A stretch of 38,729 bases of DNA from positions 1-38,729 of the forward strand of contig JADGQH010000002.1 of the NCBI GenBank assembly GCA_017881985.1, given 5' to 3'. Source of the stretch: Chloroflexota bacterium. GTDB taxonomy: Bacteria > Chloroflexota > Limnocylindria > Limnocylindrales > CSP1-4. The notes under the pieces were generated by a model. It was given only the letters and a program-made list of their open reading frames with translations. It was not told the origin of the DNA and did no database searches. Below, one piece after another: positions 18,943-27,107 of the stretch (position 1 is its first letter; each line of letters begins with the position of its first letter). The position numbers and the translations under genes are program-made.

Positions 18943-19035
18943 CGTCCCTGATCGCGGCCGTGTCAAGACGCAATTTGCAGAACGCCCGGGAGGCCGCGGC
19001 GGCTCTCCCGGCTGAGGCAGATCGGGGACCTGGTG

Positions 19036-20025
19036 ATGACGACGCTCCGCTGGGGAATCCTGGGACCGGGTCGCATCGCTCCACGGCTCGTCCGGGCCGT
19101 CGGCGGGTGCGCCCGTGCGGAGCTGGCGGCCGTGGCGAGCCGCGACGCAGCCCGGGCCAGGTCCTTCGCGGGCGCCCATGCCATCCCGATGGCGTACGAC
19201 TCCTACGATTCCCTGCTCTCCTCGCCGGACGTGGACGTCGTGTATGTCGCGCTTCCCAACCATCTGCACGCGGAATGGACGATCAGGGCGCTCGCTGCAG
19301 GTAAGCACGTGCTGTGCGAGAAGCCGCTCGCGCTCAGCGTCGCCGAGGTCGACGCGATCGCCGATGCCTCGGGCCGCGCCGGGCGGCTCGCGGTCGAGGG
19401 CTTCATGTATCTCCACCACCCCCAGGTCCTCCGCGCGATCGAGCTCGCGCGGGGCGGCGCGCTCGGCCGCCTCGAGCTCGTGAACGGGACGTTCTCGTTC
19501 TTCCTGACCCATCCCGGCGACCCGCGGGTCGACCCGTCGATGGGCGGCGGCTCGCTGTGGGACGTCGGCTGCTATCCGGTGAGCCTGGCCCGGCGGATCG
19601 CCGGCGAGGAACCGGACGGCGTGGGTGCGTTCGCCCGTTTCGATGAGCGCGGCGTCGACCGGACGTTCGTCGGCCAGATGCACTTCCCCGGCGGTCTGCT
19701 CGCCCAGTTCGACTGTGGCTTCGCCGCCCCTGATCGCGAACGGGTGGAGATCGTCGGCAGCGACGCCACGCTCGTCCTCGAGAGCCCGTTCCTCCCGGCT
19801 CCCGACGGGCCGCCCCCTTCCGTGACGATGCGACGTGGGCGCGACGAGACGCCGGTGGACGTGCGGTCAACCGACCAGTACCAGGCAGAGGTCGAGGACC
19901 TGACGGCCGCGATCCTCGACGGGACGCCGCCCCGACTTGACCTTGCCTTCAGTCGCGGTAGCATCGCGACACTCGTCGACCTGGACACGGCAGCGCGCGC
20001 GCATCTCGGGTCGGCCACCGGCTGA
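19036..20025 (+). CDS. Gfo/Idh/MocA-family NAD(P)-dependent oxidoreductase
   Basis: Track ORF 19033..20025, which begins GTG-ATG; ATG 19036 has better spacing to GGGGA. It has a Rossmann N-terminus LRWGILGPGRIAPR and the EKP motif HVLCEKPLA. Confidence 0.88.
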   Translation: MTTLRWGILGPGRIAPRLVRAVGGCARAELAAVASRDAARARSFAGAHAIPMAYDSYDSLLSSPDVDVVYVALPNHLHAEWTIRALAAGKHVLCEKPLALSVAEVDAIADASGRAGRLAVEGFMYLHHPQVLRAIELARGGALGRLELVNGTFSFFLTHPGDPRVDPSMGGGSLWDVGCYPVSLARRIAGEEPDGVGAFARFDERGVDRTFVGQMHFPGGLLAQFDCGFAAPDRERVEIVGSDATLVLESPFLPAPDGPPPSVTMRRGRDETPVDVRSTDQYQAEVEDLTAAILDGTPPRLDLAFSRGSIATLVDLDTAARAHLGSATG

Positions 20026-20069
20026 GCCGGACCGCGGGCGCGCCCGGCATGGCGTGATGGAGGGCAACG

Positions 20070-22055
20070 ATGGACGCACCCACGCCGACAGACCCGTCGG
20101 CGCCGATGGACCCCCCGGCGTCGACGGACGCGCTCCCGCCGATAGACGCGCCCCCGCCCATGGATCCGCCCATGCCCCCGCGGGGATCGCGGAGATCCCG
20201 GCGCATGGTCGCGGCGGCCGTGGTGGTCGGCGTGATCCTCGCGGCCTCCGGGCTTGCCATCGCTCGGCCATGGACGCAGCCGCCCTCGTGCGCCGCGATC
20301 GCGAACCATCCGGAATGGTCGGTCGCGCGACGCTGGGACGAAGCCGCGCTCGACGCAATCCGGCGCGCGCTCCCTGCACCGACGGTCCATGCCCGGAACC
20401 TGTTCCACATGTCGGCGGCCATGTGGGACGCCTGGGCGGCGTACGACCCCACGGCGTCGGGCTACTTCGTCCATGAGAAGCAGACCGCCTCCGACGTGAC
20501 CGCGGCCCGCAACGAGGCGATCAGCTACGCCGCCTATCGCGTGCTCACCGAGCGCTACATCAAGGCCGTCGGCGCCGACAAGGATCTCTCCGAGTTCGAC
20601 GATCTCATGGATTCGCTCTGCTACCCGCTCGACGTGACGACCACGACGGGCAGCTCGCCGGCCGCCGTCGGGAACCGGATCGCCCAGGCCGCCATCGCCT
20701 ATGGGCTGGCCGACGGGTCGAACCAGGCCACGGGATACAACGACCCCGGCTACAAGCCCCAGAACCCACCCCTGGTCGTGGCGAAGCCGGGCACGGTCAT
20801 GACAGACCCGAACCGCTGGCAGCCCCTCCAGATCGAGCACATGATCTCGCAGAACGGGATCCCGGTCGTGAATGGCGTCCAGCAGGCCGTGGGCACCGTC
20901 TGGGGTCACGTCAAGGCGTTCGGCCTGCCCGATGGCGGGCCGACCGGCGTGCCGATCGATCCGGGCCCGCCGCCCCGCATCGGCGACCCGGCGACGGACC
21001 AGGCGCTCAAGGACCAGGTCGTGGAGGTGATTCGCGACAGCAGCCGGCTCGACCCGGCAGAGACCGCGACGATCGACATCTCGCCCGGCGTGCGCGGTAA
21101 CAACACCCTCGGGACCAACGACGGCAGCGGCCATCCGGTCGACCCGGCGACCGGCAAGCCATACCCGCCGAACGTGGTCAACCAGGGCGACTTCGGGCGG
21201 GTCATGGCGGAGTTCTGGGCGGACGGCCCGAACTCGGAGACGCCGCCGGGGCACTGGAACGTGCTCGCCAACCTGTCATCCGACGAGCTGGCCCCGGGCT
21301 TGAGGATCGGGGGCCGGGGTCCGGTGGTGGACCGGCTCCAGTGGGACGTCAAGCTGTACTTCGCCCTCAACGGCGCCGTCCACGACGCGGGCATTGCCGC
21401 GTGGGGGCTGAAGGGCTACTACGATACGGCGCGGCCCATCTCGATGATCCGCTACATGGGCGGCCTCGGCCAGTCGAGCGACCCGAGCCTGCCTTCCTAC
21501 AGCAAGGAGGGCCTCCCGCTCGTCCCGGACCTGATCGAGCTCATCACGAAGGCGTCGACCGCACCGGGGCAGCGCCATGCGGCACTCGCCGGTCACGAGG
21601 GACAGGTCGCGATCCGCGCCTGGGCCGGCAACCCGAAGGACCCGAAGACGCAGGTCGGCGGCGTCACGTGGATCCTGGCCGTGGACTGGGTGCCCTATCA
21701 GCTCCCGACGTTCGTGACGCCGGCCTTCCCGGCATATGCCTCCGGGCACAGCTCCTTCAGCAGGGCCGCCGCCGAGGTGCTGGTCGGCTTCACGGGCAGC
21801 GAGTACTTCCCCGGCGGAATCAGCGGCTACACGATCAAGGCAGGGTCGCTGAAGTTCGAGGCCGGCCCGACGAGCGACATCCGGCTGGAGTGGGCGACGT
21901 ACTACGACGCCTCGGATCAGGCGGGCCAGTCGCGGCTGTGGGGCGGAATCCACATCCAGGCGGATGACTTCACCGGGCGCGAGCTCGGCTCCGCGTGCGG
22001 CAAGGCCGCCTGGACGCTCGCACAGAGGTATTACGACGGCTCGGTTGGCTCATGA
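20070..22055 (+). CDS. Membrane-anchored PAP2-superfamily protein (acid phosphatase / vanadium-dependent haloperoxidase-like)
   Basis: Track ORF of 661 aa. The ATG is preceded by GGAGGG 6 nt upstream. A Pro/Asp-rich N-terminal tail is followed by the TM helix MVAAAVVVGVILAASGLAI. The C-terminal region carries all three PAP2 motifs: KGYYDTARP (KX6RP), YASGHSS (SGH) and SRLWGGIHIQAD (SRX5HX3D). Confidence 0.8.
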   Translation: MDAPTPTDPSAPMDPPASTDALPPIDAPPPMDPPMPPRGSRRSRRMVAAAVVVGVILAASGLAIARPWTQPPSCAAIANHPEWSVARRWDEAALDAIRRALPAPTVHARNLFHMSAAMWDAWAAYDPTASGYFVHEKQTASDVTAARNEAISYAAYRVLTERYIKAVGADKDLSEFDDLMDSLCYPLDVTTTTGSSPAAVGNRIAQAAIAYGLADGSNQATGYNDPGYKPQNPPLVVAKPGTVMTDPNRWQPLQIEHMISQNGIPVVNGVQQAVGTVWGHVKAFGLPDGGPTGVPIDPGPPPRIGDPATDQALKDQVVEVIRDSSRLDPAETATIDISPGVRGNNTLGTNDGSGHPVDPATGKPYPPNVVNQGDFGRVMAEFWADGPNSETPPGHWNVLANLSSDELAPGLRIGGRGPVVDRLQWDVKLYFALNGAVHDAGIAAWGLKGYYDTARPISMIRYMGGLGQSSDPSLPSYSKEGLPLVPDLIELITKASTAPGQRHAALAGHEGQVAIRAWAGNPKDPKTQVGGVTWILAVDWVPYQLPTFVTPAFPAYASGHSSFSRAAAEVLVGFTGSEYFPGGISGYTIKAGSLKFEAGPTSDIRLEWATYYDASDQAGQSRLWGGIHIQADDFTGRELGSACGKAAWTLAQRYYDGSVGS

Positions 22056-22086
22056 GGACGGTCGCCTCGATCGGACCGCGGCTCGG

Positions 22087-23751
22087 GTGACGAGGCCCGG
22101 GCGCCGGACGACCGTGCTGATCGTGGGCGCGGTGGCATTGGCGCTGATCGGCGCCACGGGCCTCGCCCTCACGGTGACCCGGGGAACCACCCCCACGGCC
22201 GCCCTGGGTCCGCCGCACTTCCTCGACGAGACGTCAACCTCCGGGATCGAGCACACCTACCGGGGGGATCCCCCGCTCGAGGTCGGCGGCGGCGTCGCCG
22301 TGATCGACTGCAGCGGCGACGGCCGGCCAAGCCTCTACCTCGCGGGCGGAGCCGGGCCCGCAGCGCTCTATCGCAACGACAGCGCCGTCGGCGGCGCCCT
22401 TCGGTTCACGCGGCTGCCGGACCCGGCAACCGACCTCACCGACGTCACGGGCGCCTATCCGATCGACATCAATGGCGACGGCGTGGCGGACCTCGTGGTC
22501 CTGCGGAAGGGTGAGACGGTCATCCTGCGAGGTCTGGGTGGCTGTCGATTCGAGCGAGCGAACGAGCGTTGGTCCTTTGCTCCCCGGAGCGGCCTCAGCA
22601 CCGCCTTCAGCGCGACCTGGGAAGGCGCGGCAGCCCTGCCCACGCTGGCCCTGGGCCAGTACCTGCGCCTCGACCCGTCAGGGGCGTCCACCCAGGACTG
22701 CGCCGACAACGCCCTGTTCCGGCCGAACGGCGCCGGGACGGGCTACGGACCGCCGATCACGCTGGCCCCGGGCTACTGCGCCCTCTCGATGCTGTTCAGC
22801 GACTGGGACCTCTCGGGCCGGCGGGACCTCCGGATCAGCAACGATGACAACTACTTCGACCCGGCGACCGGCGGGGAGCAGCTGTGGCGGGTCGCACCCG
22901 GTGAGCCGCCTCGCCTCTACACGGATGCCGACGGCTGGGTGCGCATCGAGGTCGCGGGCATGGGGATCGCCTCGTATGACGTGACTAGGGACGGCTATCC
23001 CGACGTGTTCCTGACGAGCCAGGGAGACAACCGGCTCCAGACGTTGACCTCGGGGCCGAGCCAGCCAACCTACCGCGACATCGGGGCCAAGCGGGGCGTG
23101 AACGCCGCCCAGCCGTTCACGGGCGGGGACGCCCTGCCATCCACCGCCTGGCACCCGGAATTCCAGGACGTCAACAACGATGGCTTCATCGACCTGTTCA
23201 TCTCCAAGGGGAACGTCGGTGCTCAGCTCGATCACGCCCGGACGGACCCGAACAACCTGCTGCTGGGCCAGCCCGACGGGACGTTCATCGAAGCGGCCGA
23301 CCGGGCCGGCGTCCTGAACACCGAGCGGGGCCGGGGGGCGGCCCTGGCGGACTTCAACCTGGACGGCATGCTCGACCTCGTCGAGGTGAACTACGGGTCG
23401 CCGGTGAAGGTCTGGCGCAACGCGGGCTCGGGCGATTCGGTCCACCCTGCCCCGCTCGGGAACTGGCTGGGCCTGCGCCTCGACGAGCCGGGCCCGAACC
23501 GCGACGCCATCGGCTCCTGGATCGAGGTCAAGGTCGGCGACCTGACGCTGCGCCGCGAGATCACCGTCGGCGGCGGTCACGAGAGCGGTCAGCTCGGCTG
23601 GATCCATTTCGGGCTTGGCCCGGCAGGTGGAGCGCAGGTCCGCGTCAGGTGGCCAGACGGGGAGATGGGGCCATGGCTCCAGGTCAGTGCCAATGGCTTC
23701 TACGACATCGATCGGGGCGCCGCCGCCCCACGCCCGTGGCTCCCCCGGTAG
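22087..23751 (+). CDS. CRTAC1-family protein (FG-GAP/VCBS repeats plus ASPIC/UnbV C-terminal domain), N-terminal membrane anchor
   Basis: Track ORF 21964..23751. I place the start at GTG 22087 (VTRPGRRTTVLIVGAVALALIGATGLAL); TTG 22045 is an alternative. FG-GAP-like DINGDGVADLVVL, VNNDGFIDLF and DFNLDGMLDLV are present. The ASPIC/UnbV-like tail reads GNWLGLRLDEPGPNRDAIGSWIEVKVGD...GGGHESGQ...HFGLG. Confidence 0.8.
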   Translation: MTRPGRRTTVLIVGAVALALIGATGLALTVTRGTTPTAALGPPHFLDETSTSGIEHTYRGDPPLEVGGGVAVIDCSGDGRPSLYLAGGAGPAALYRNDSAVGGALRFTRLPDPATDLTDVTGAYPIDINGDGVADLVVLRKGETVILRGLGGCRFERANERWSFAPRSGLSTAFSATWEGAAALPTLALGQYLRLDPSGASTQDCADNALFRPNGAGTGYGPPITLAPGYCALSMLFSDWDLSGRRDLRISNDDNYFDPATGGEQLWRVAPGEPPRLYTDADGWVRIEVAGMGIASYDVTRDGYPDVFLTSQGDNRLQTLTSGPSQPTYRDIGAKRGVNAAQPFTGGDALPSTAWHPEFQDVNNDGFIDLFISKGNVGAQLDHARTDPNNLLLGQPDGTFIEAADRAGVLNTERGRGAALADFNLDGMLDLVEVNYGSPVKVWRNAGSGDSVHPAPLGNWLGLRLDEPGPNRDAIGSWIEVKVGDLTLRREITVGGGHESGQLGWIHFGLGPAGGAQVRVRWPDGEMGPWLQVSANGFYDIDRGAAAPRPWLPR

Positions 23752-23773
23752 ACACGACGGAGAGGGAACGACA

Positions 23774-25168
23774 GTGATCCGTGCGGCACGCCTGGGAGAG
23801 GTCGGCCTCCCGGATTTCGGGATGCCGGCGACGAGACCGGAGGTCCCGGCGGCCCGGTACGAGGAGCGAATCGCTGCTCTCCGCGGGCGGGCCGTGGCGC
23901 GGGGCTACGACCGGATCGTGGTGTACGCCGATCGCGAGCACAGCGCCAACCTGGCATACCTGACCGGGTTCGACCCACGCTTCGAGGAGGCGATCCTCGT
24001 GCTCGGGGCAACCGGCGAACCGGCCATCCTGGTCGGGAACGAGTGCTACGGCATGGCGGGCGCTGCACCGCTGCCGATGCGACGGGTCCTCTTCCAGGAC
24101 CTCAGCCTGCCGGGCCAGCCTCGCGACCGATCGCGGCCGCTCGGCGAGATCCTGGCCGAAGAGGGCGTTGCGCCCGGAGGCCGGATCGGGGTCGTCGGGT
24201 GGAAGACCTATTCGCGACGGAGCACGATCGACGTTCCCGCGTTCATCGTGGACGAGGTGCGCTCGATCCTCGGTCCGGCCGGCACGCTCGAGAACGCGAC
24301 GGACCTGCTGATCGACGCAGCGGATGGGCTGCGGGTGATCAACGATGTCGACCAGCTGGCGGTGTTCGAGCACGCTGCCTGCCAGACGTCCGACGGGGTC
24401 CGAAGGCTGCTCTTCGGCCTCGAGCCGGGGATGACCGAAGCAGAGGCCGTCCGGCTGCTCCGCTGGAACGGGATGCCCCTCTCCTGCCACCTGATGCTGA
24501 CCGCGGGACCGCGCGCGGCGCTCGGGCTCCTGAGCCCGGGCGACCGGCGGATCGAGCGCGGCGACCCGTTGACGGTCGCGTTCGGCGTCTGGGGCGCGCT
24601 CACCTGCAGGGCGGGTTTCGTCGTCGCGGGCCCGGACGAGCTTCCGGCTGGCTTCCGGGACTATGTCGAGCGCCTGGTCGCGCCGTACTTCGAGGCGGTC
24701 GCCGGGTGGTACGAGGCGCTGGGCATCGGCACGACCGGCGGCGCTTTGCAGGCAATCGTCGATCGACACCTGTCCGATCCGTTCTTTGGCGTCTCCCTGA
24801 ATCCCGGCCACCAGCTCCACCTCGACGAATGGGTGAACTCACCGGTCGCCCCGGGATCCACGATTGCCCTGCGCTCCGGGATGTGCCTGCAGGTGGACAT
24901 CATCCCGGCAACCGGGACGGGCTACTTCACGACGAACATCGAGGACGGCGTGGCCCTCGCCGACGCGCCCCTCCGCGCGGCCTTCGGGGATCGCTATCCG
25001 GACGCGTGGCGCCGGATCCAGGCACGTCGTCGATTCATGTCCGATGCCCTTGGGATCGTCCTGCGCCCCGAGGTCCTGCCGCTGTCGAACCTGGCGGGGT
25101 TCCTGCCCCCGTTCCTGCTCCGGCCGGAGCTCGCGATGACGCGCGCAGGTCGAGGTCACCAGGCGTGA
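23774..25168 (+). CDS. M24-family (creatinase/Xaa-Pro peptidase fold) protein, possibly non-canonical active site
   Basis: Track ORF 23615..25168. GTG 23774 follows GGAGAGGG. It has a creatinase_N-like N-terminal domain (YEERIAALRGRAVARGYDRIVVYADREHSANLAYLTGF). The pita-bread-like C-terminus reads PGHQLHLDEW, GMCLQVDIIP and TNIEDGVAL. Confidence 0.75.
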   Translation: MIRAARLGEVGLPDFGMPATRPEVPAARYEERIAALRGRAVARGYDRIVVYADREHSANLAYLTGFDPRFEEAILVLGATGEPAILVGNECYGMAGAAPLPMRRVLFQDLSLPGQPRDRSRPLGEILAEEGVAPGGRIGVVGWKTYSRRSTIDVPAFIVDEVRSILGPAGTLENATDLLIDAADGLRVINDVDQLAVFEHAACQTSDGVRRLLFGLEPGMTEAEAVRLLRWNGMPLSCHLMLTAGPRAALGLLSPGDRRIERGDPLTVAFGVWGALTCRAGFVVAGPDELPAGFRDYVERLVAPYFEAVAGWYEALGIGTTGGALQAIVDRHLSDPFFGVSLNPGHQLHLDEWVNSPVAPGSTIALRSGMCLQVDIIPATGTGYFTTNIEDGVALADAPLRAAFGDRYPDAWRRIQARRRFMSDALGIVLRPEVLPLSNLAGFLPPFLLRPELAMTRAGRGHQA

Positions 25169-25824
25169 CCGTCCAGACCGAGCTGCTGGAGCTCGCCGAT
25201 TGGCGCCGCCGGATCGCCGAGCTCTATGCGGAAGTCCGGCGGGCATCGGCCGCCGATCCAGCCGCCGCGCACGCGACCTGGCGTGGCGAGCGCGAGGCGC
25301 TCTACCGAAGCCACCCGGCGTCGCCGGTGCCGATCGCGGAGCGCGCCGGGTTCCGCGCGCTCCACTGGCCCTACGCGGATGCGTGGCGCCGGACGGCAGC
25401 CCTCGAGGAACCGGCGGCACCTGCGATCCTCGTTCCCGCTCAGGGCGGCGCCGTCCCGTCGATCTCGTTCATCCCGGCGAGCGTCGGCGCGCCGCCGCCG
25501 CTCGAGCTGGTTGGCCGCGTGGCGCTCGCGGTCCCGGGCGGGACGGCCCGGCTGCCGGTGCTCGAGCTGATGGAATACGCGGGAGGCATATTCCTGCCGT
25601 TCGGGGATGCCACGAACGGCGGGGCGACCTATGGCGCCGGGCGCTACCTGCTCGACACGGCGAAGGGTGCGGACCTCGGGGCCACGGCCGAAGGTGCGCT
25701 CATCCTCGACTTCAACTTCGCGTACCAGCCGTCGTGCGCCTTCGATCCTCGCTGGGCCTGCCCGCTCGCCCCCCCGGAGGCGCGCCTCGCGATCGCGGTC
25801 GAGGCCGGCGAGCGAATCCGGTAA
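25165..25824 (+). CDS. DUF1684-domain protein
   Basis: This is the C-terminal 219 aa of track ORF 24043..25824. GTG 25165 overlaps the M24-like gene's stop (GTGA). The DUF1684-like C-terminus reads GGIFLPFGDATNGGATYGAGRYL...LDFNFAYQPSCAFDPRWACPLAPPE. Confidence 0.75.
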   Translation: MTVQTELLELADWRRRIAELYAEVRRASAADPAAAHATWRGEREALYRSHPASPVPIAERAGFRALHWPYADAWRRTAALEEPAAPAILVPAQGGAVPSISFIPASVGAPPPLELVGRVALAVPGGTARLPVLELMEYAGGIFLPFGDATNGGATYGAGRYLLDTAKGADLGATAEGALILDFNFAYQPSCAFDPRWACPLAPPEARLAIAVEAGERIR

Positions 25825-25850
25825 CGCGCGGCGCGATCGGCCGCCGCGCG
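25825..25850. terminator. Bidirectional GC hairpin between convergent DUF1684 and Rieske genes
   Basis: A perfect 9-bp stem, cgcgcggcg (25825-25833) paired with cgccgcgcg (25842-25850), with an 8-nt loop. It begins directly after the TAA stop. There is no clear U-tract. Confidence 0.45.
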
Positions 25851-25852
25851 TC

Positions 25853-25880
25853 GGTCGTGGAGCGAACGGTCGTGGAGCGA
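25853..25880. repeat. Intergenic direct repeat: ggtcgtggagcga x2, period 15
   Basis: Read directly. Copies at 25853-25865 and 25868-25880 are separated by 'ac' and abut the stop codon of the Rieske gene (25881-25883). Confidence 0.85.
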
Positions 25881-27026
25881 TCAGCCGCCGAGCGTGATCG
25901 CCCCGGTCGCCTTGTTGACCACGATCGGGAGCGCCGCCAGCGGGACGGGCGCGGGGCCCTGCAGGACGTCGGCGTTGTGCGTCGGATCGAAGACCGCCCC
26001 ATGGCAGGGGCAGCCCAGGAGTCCCGATGGCGGGTCATATTCGACGGTGCAGCCCGCGTGCGTGCAGACCGCGTCAAACGCGACGACCGAGCCGTTGGCG
26101 AGCCGGATCAGGATGGCCGGGTCCCCGCTCGTCGGATCGACGAAGGGAAGGGCAGTCCGCGGCTTCAGGCTGGTCAACGTCGCGAGCTGGCCGGCGGCGG
26201 GGGGCGCCGCGCTGGCCGGGGCCGTCGACGCGGCCGCGATCGCCGGGCTCGGCGATGCACCCGTCGTTCCCACCCCGGGCGTCAGAGAGGCGCCTGGGAC
26301 CGCGGCGCCCGTGTCGGAACCCCGGAGGTCGGAACCCCGGAAGAGGGCGCCCCACATCCCGCCAGCGCCCGCGACCACGACGGCAGCGGCGGCGAGGATC
26401 CCGCCCTGGAGGACTGCCCGGCGGCCCGGCGACGCCTCCGCGGAATCGTCGTCCGGCGCGAGCATGGCCAGGAACGGGACGCGCAGGACGGCCAGCCCGC
26501 CGTGGCCGGCGAGTGCGAGCGTCAGCCACCCGGCGGCATACGGGAGGTCCGGCCCGTAGTAATACGGGTGGACGGTCCACGAGGCGGTCAGGAAGAAGAG
26601 GAGCGAGATCGCCGCGCCGGCTGCCGCGCTCGCGCGGTACAGCAGGCCGGTCAGCGCCCCGAGGCCGATCGCGATCTCCGCGAGCGCCATGAGGAACCCG
26701 ATCAGGACGGGGAACGGGAGGGCAAACACCGTCACGAGTCCTGCCAGCGGGCTCGCGTGCGTGAAGCCGGTCAGCTGCTCCCCGATGGATCCCGGCCCGG
26801 TCGCCTGGAGGAAGCGCGGGTCGATCAGCTTGTCGAGGCCGGCATACACGAACGTGGCACCCACGAAGAACCGGAGCGGCAGCAATGCCACGAAGAGGTT
26901 CCGGGATGACGGCGCCGCGGGCGCGGAGGCGGCCCTCATACGAGCCGGGCTCACCGAGCGCATCTGGGCGTCGGGACCCGGCATGGGGCGCAGGCTCACG
27001 GGTCGGCGGCGATCGCGGCGGCTCAT
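25881..27026 (-). CDS. DoxX-family membrane domain fused to a C-terminal Rieske [2Fe-2S] domain
   Basis: Track ORF of 381 aa; the start is ambiguous among several in-frame Met codons (27026, 26984, 26963, 26939). The N-terminal half is DoxX/DoxD-like and polytopic (FVALLPLRFFVGATFVYAGLDKL...). The C-terminus carries the Rieske motifs CTHAGC and CPCHG. Confidence 0.8.
   Translation of the reverse strand: MSRRDRRRPVSLRPMPGPDAQMRSVSPARMRAASAPAAPSSRNLFVALLPLRFFVGATFVYAGLDKLIDPRFLQATGPGSIGEQLTGFTHASPLAGLVTVFALPFPVLIGFLMALAEIAIGLGALTGLLYRASAAAGAAISLLFFLTASWTVHPYYYGPDLPYAAGWLTLALAGHGGLAVLRVPFLAMLAPDDDSAEASPGRRAVLQGGILAAAAVVVAGAGGMWGALFRGSDLRGSDTGAAVPGASLTPGVGTTGASPSPAIAAASTAPASAAPPAAGQLATLTSLKPRTALPFVDPTSGDPAILIRLANGSVVAFDAVCTHAGCTVEYDPPSGLLGCPCHGAVFDPTHNADVLQGPAPVPLAALPIVVNKATGAITLGG
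26314..26341 (-). repeat. In-frame 15-bp tandem duplication (tcggaaccccgga x2) in the DoxX-Rieske linker
   Basis: Copies lie at 26314-26326 and 26329-26341. They encode FRGSDLRGSD. Confidence 0.85.
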
Positions 27027-27107
27027 CTGCTCCTCTTGGGCGGGGTGGCGGGGCCAATCATGCCGGGTCGAGGGCTCGAAGCCGGTTTCGGCCGGATTGA
27101 GATTCGG

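Noticed and set aside
20036-20045. Perfect 10-bp palindrome GGGCGCGCCC between the Gfo and PAP2-like genes; also GCGATATCGC at 2873-2882
   Set aside because: There is no loop, so neither can form a hairpin. Short GC palindromes are expected by chance in this composition, and there is no second copy or positional logic.
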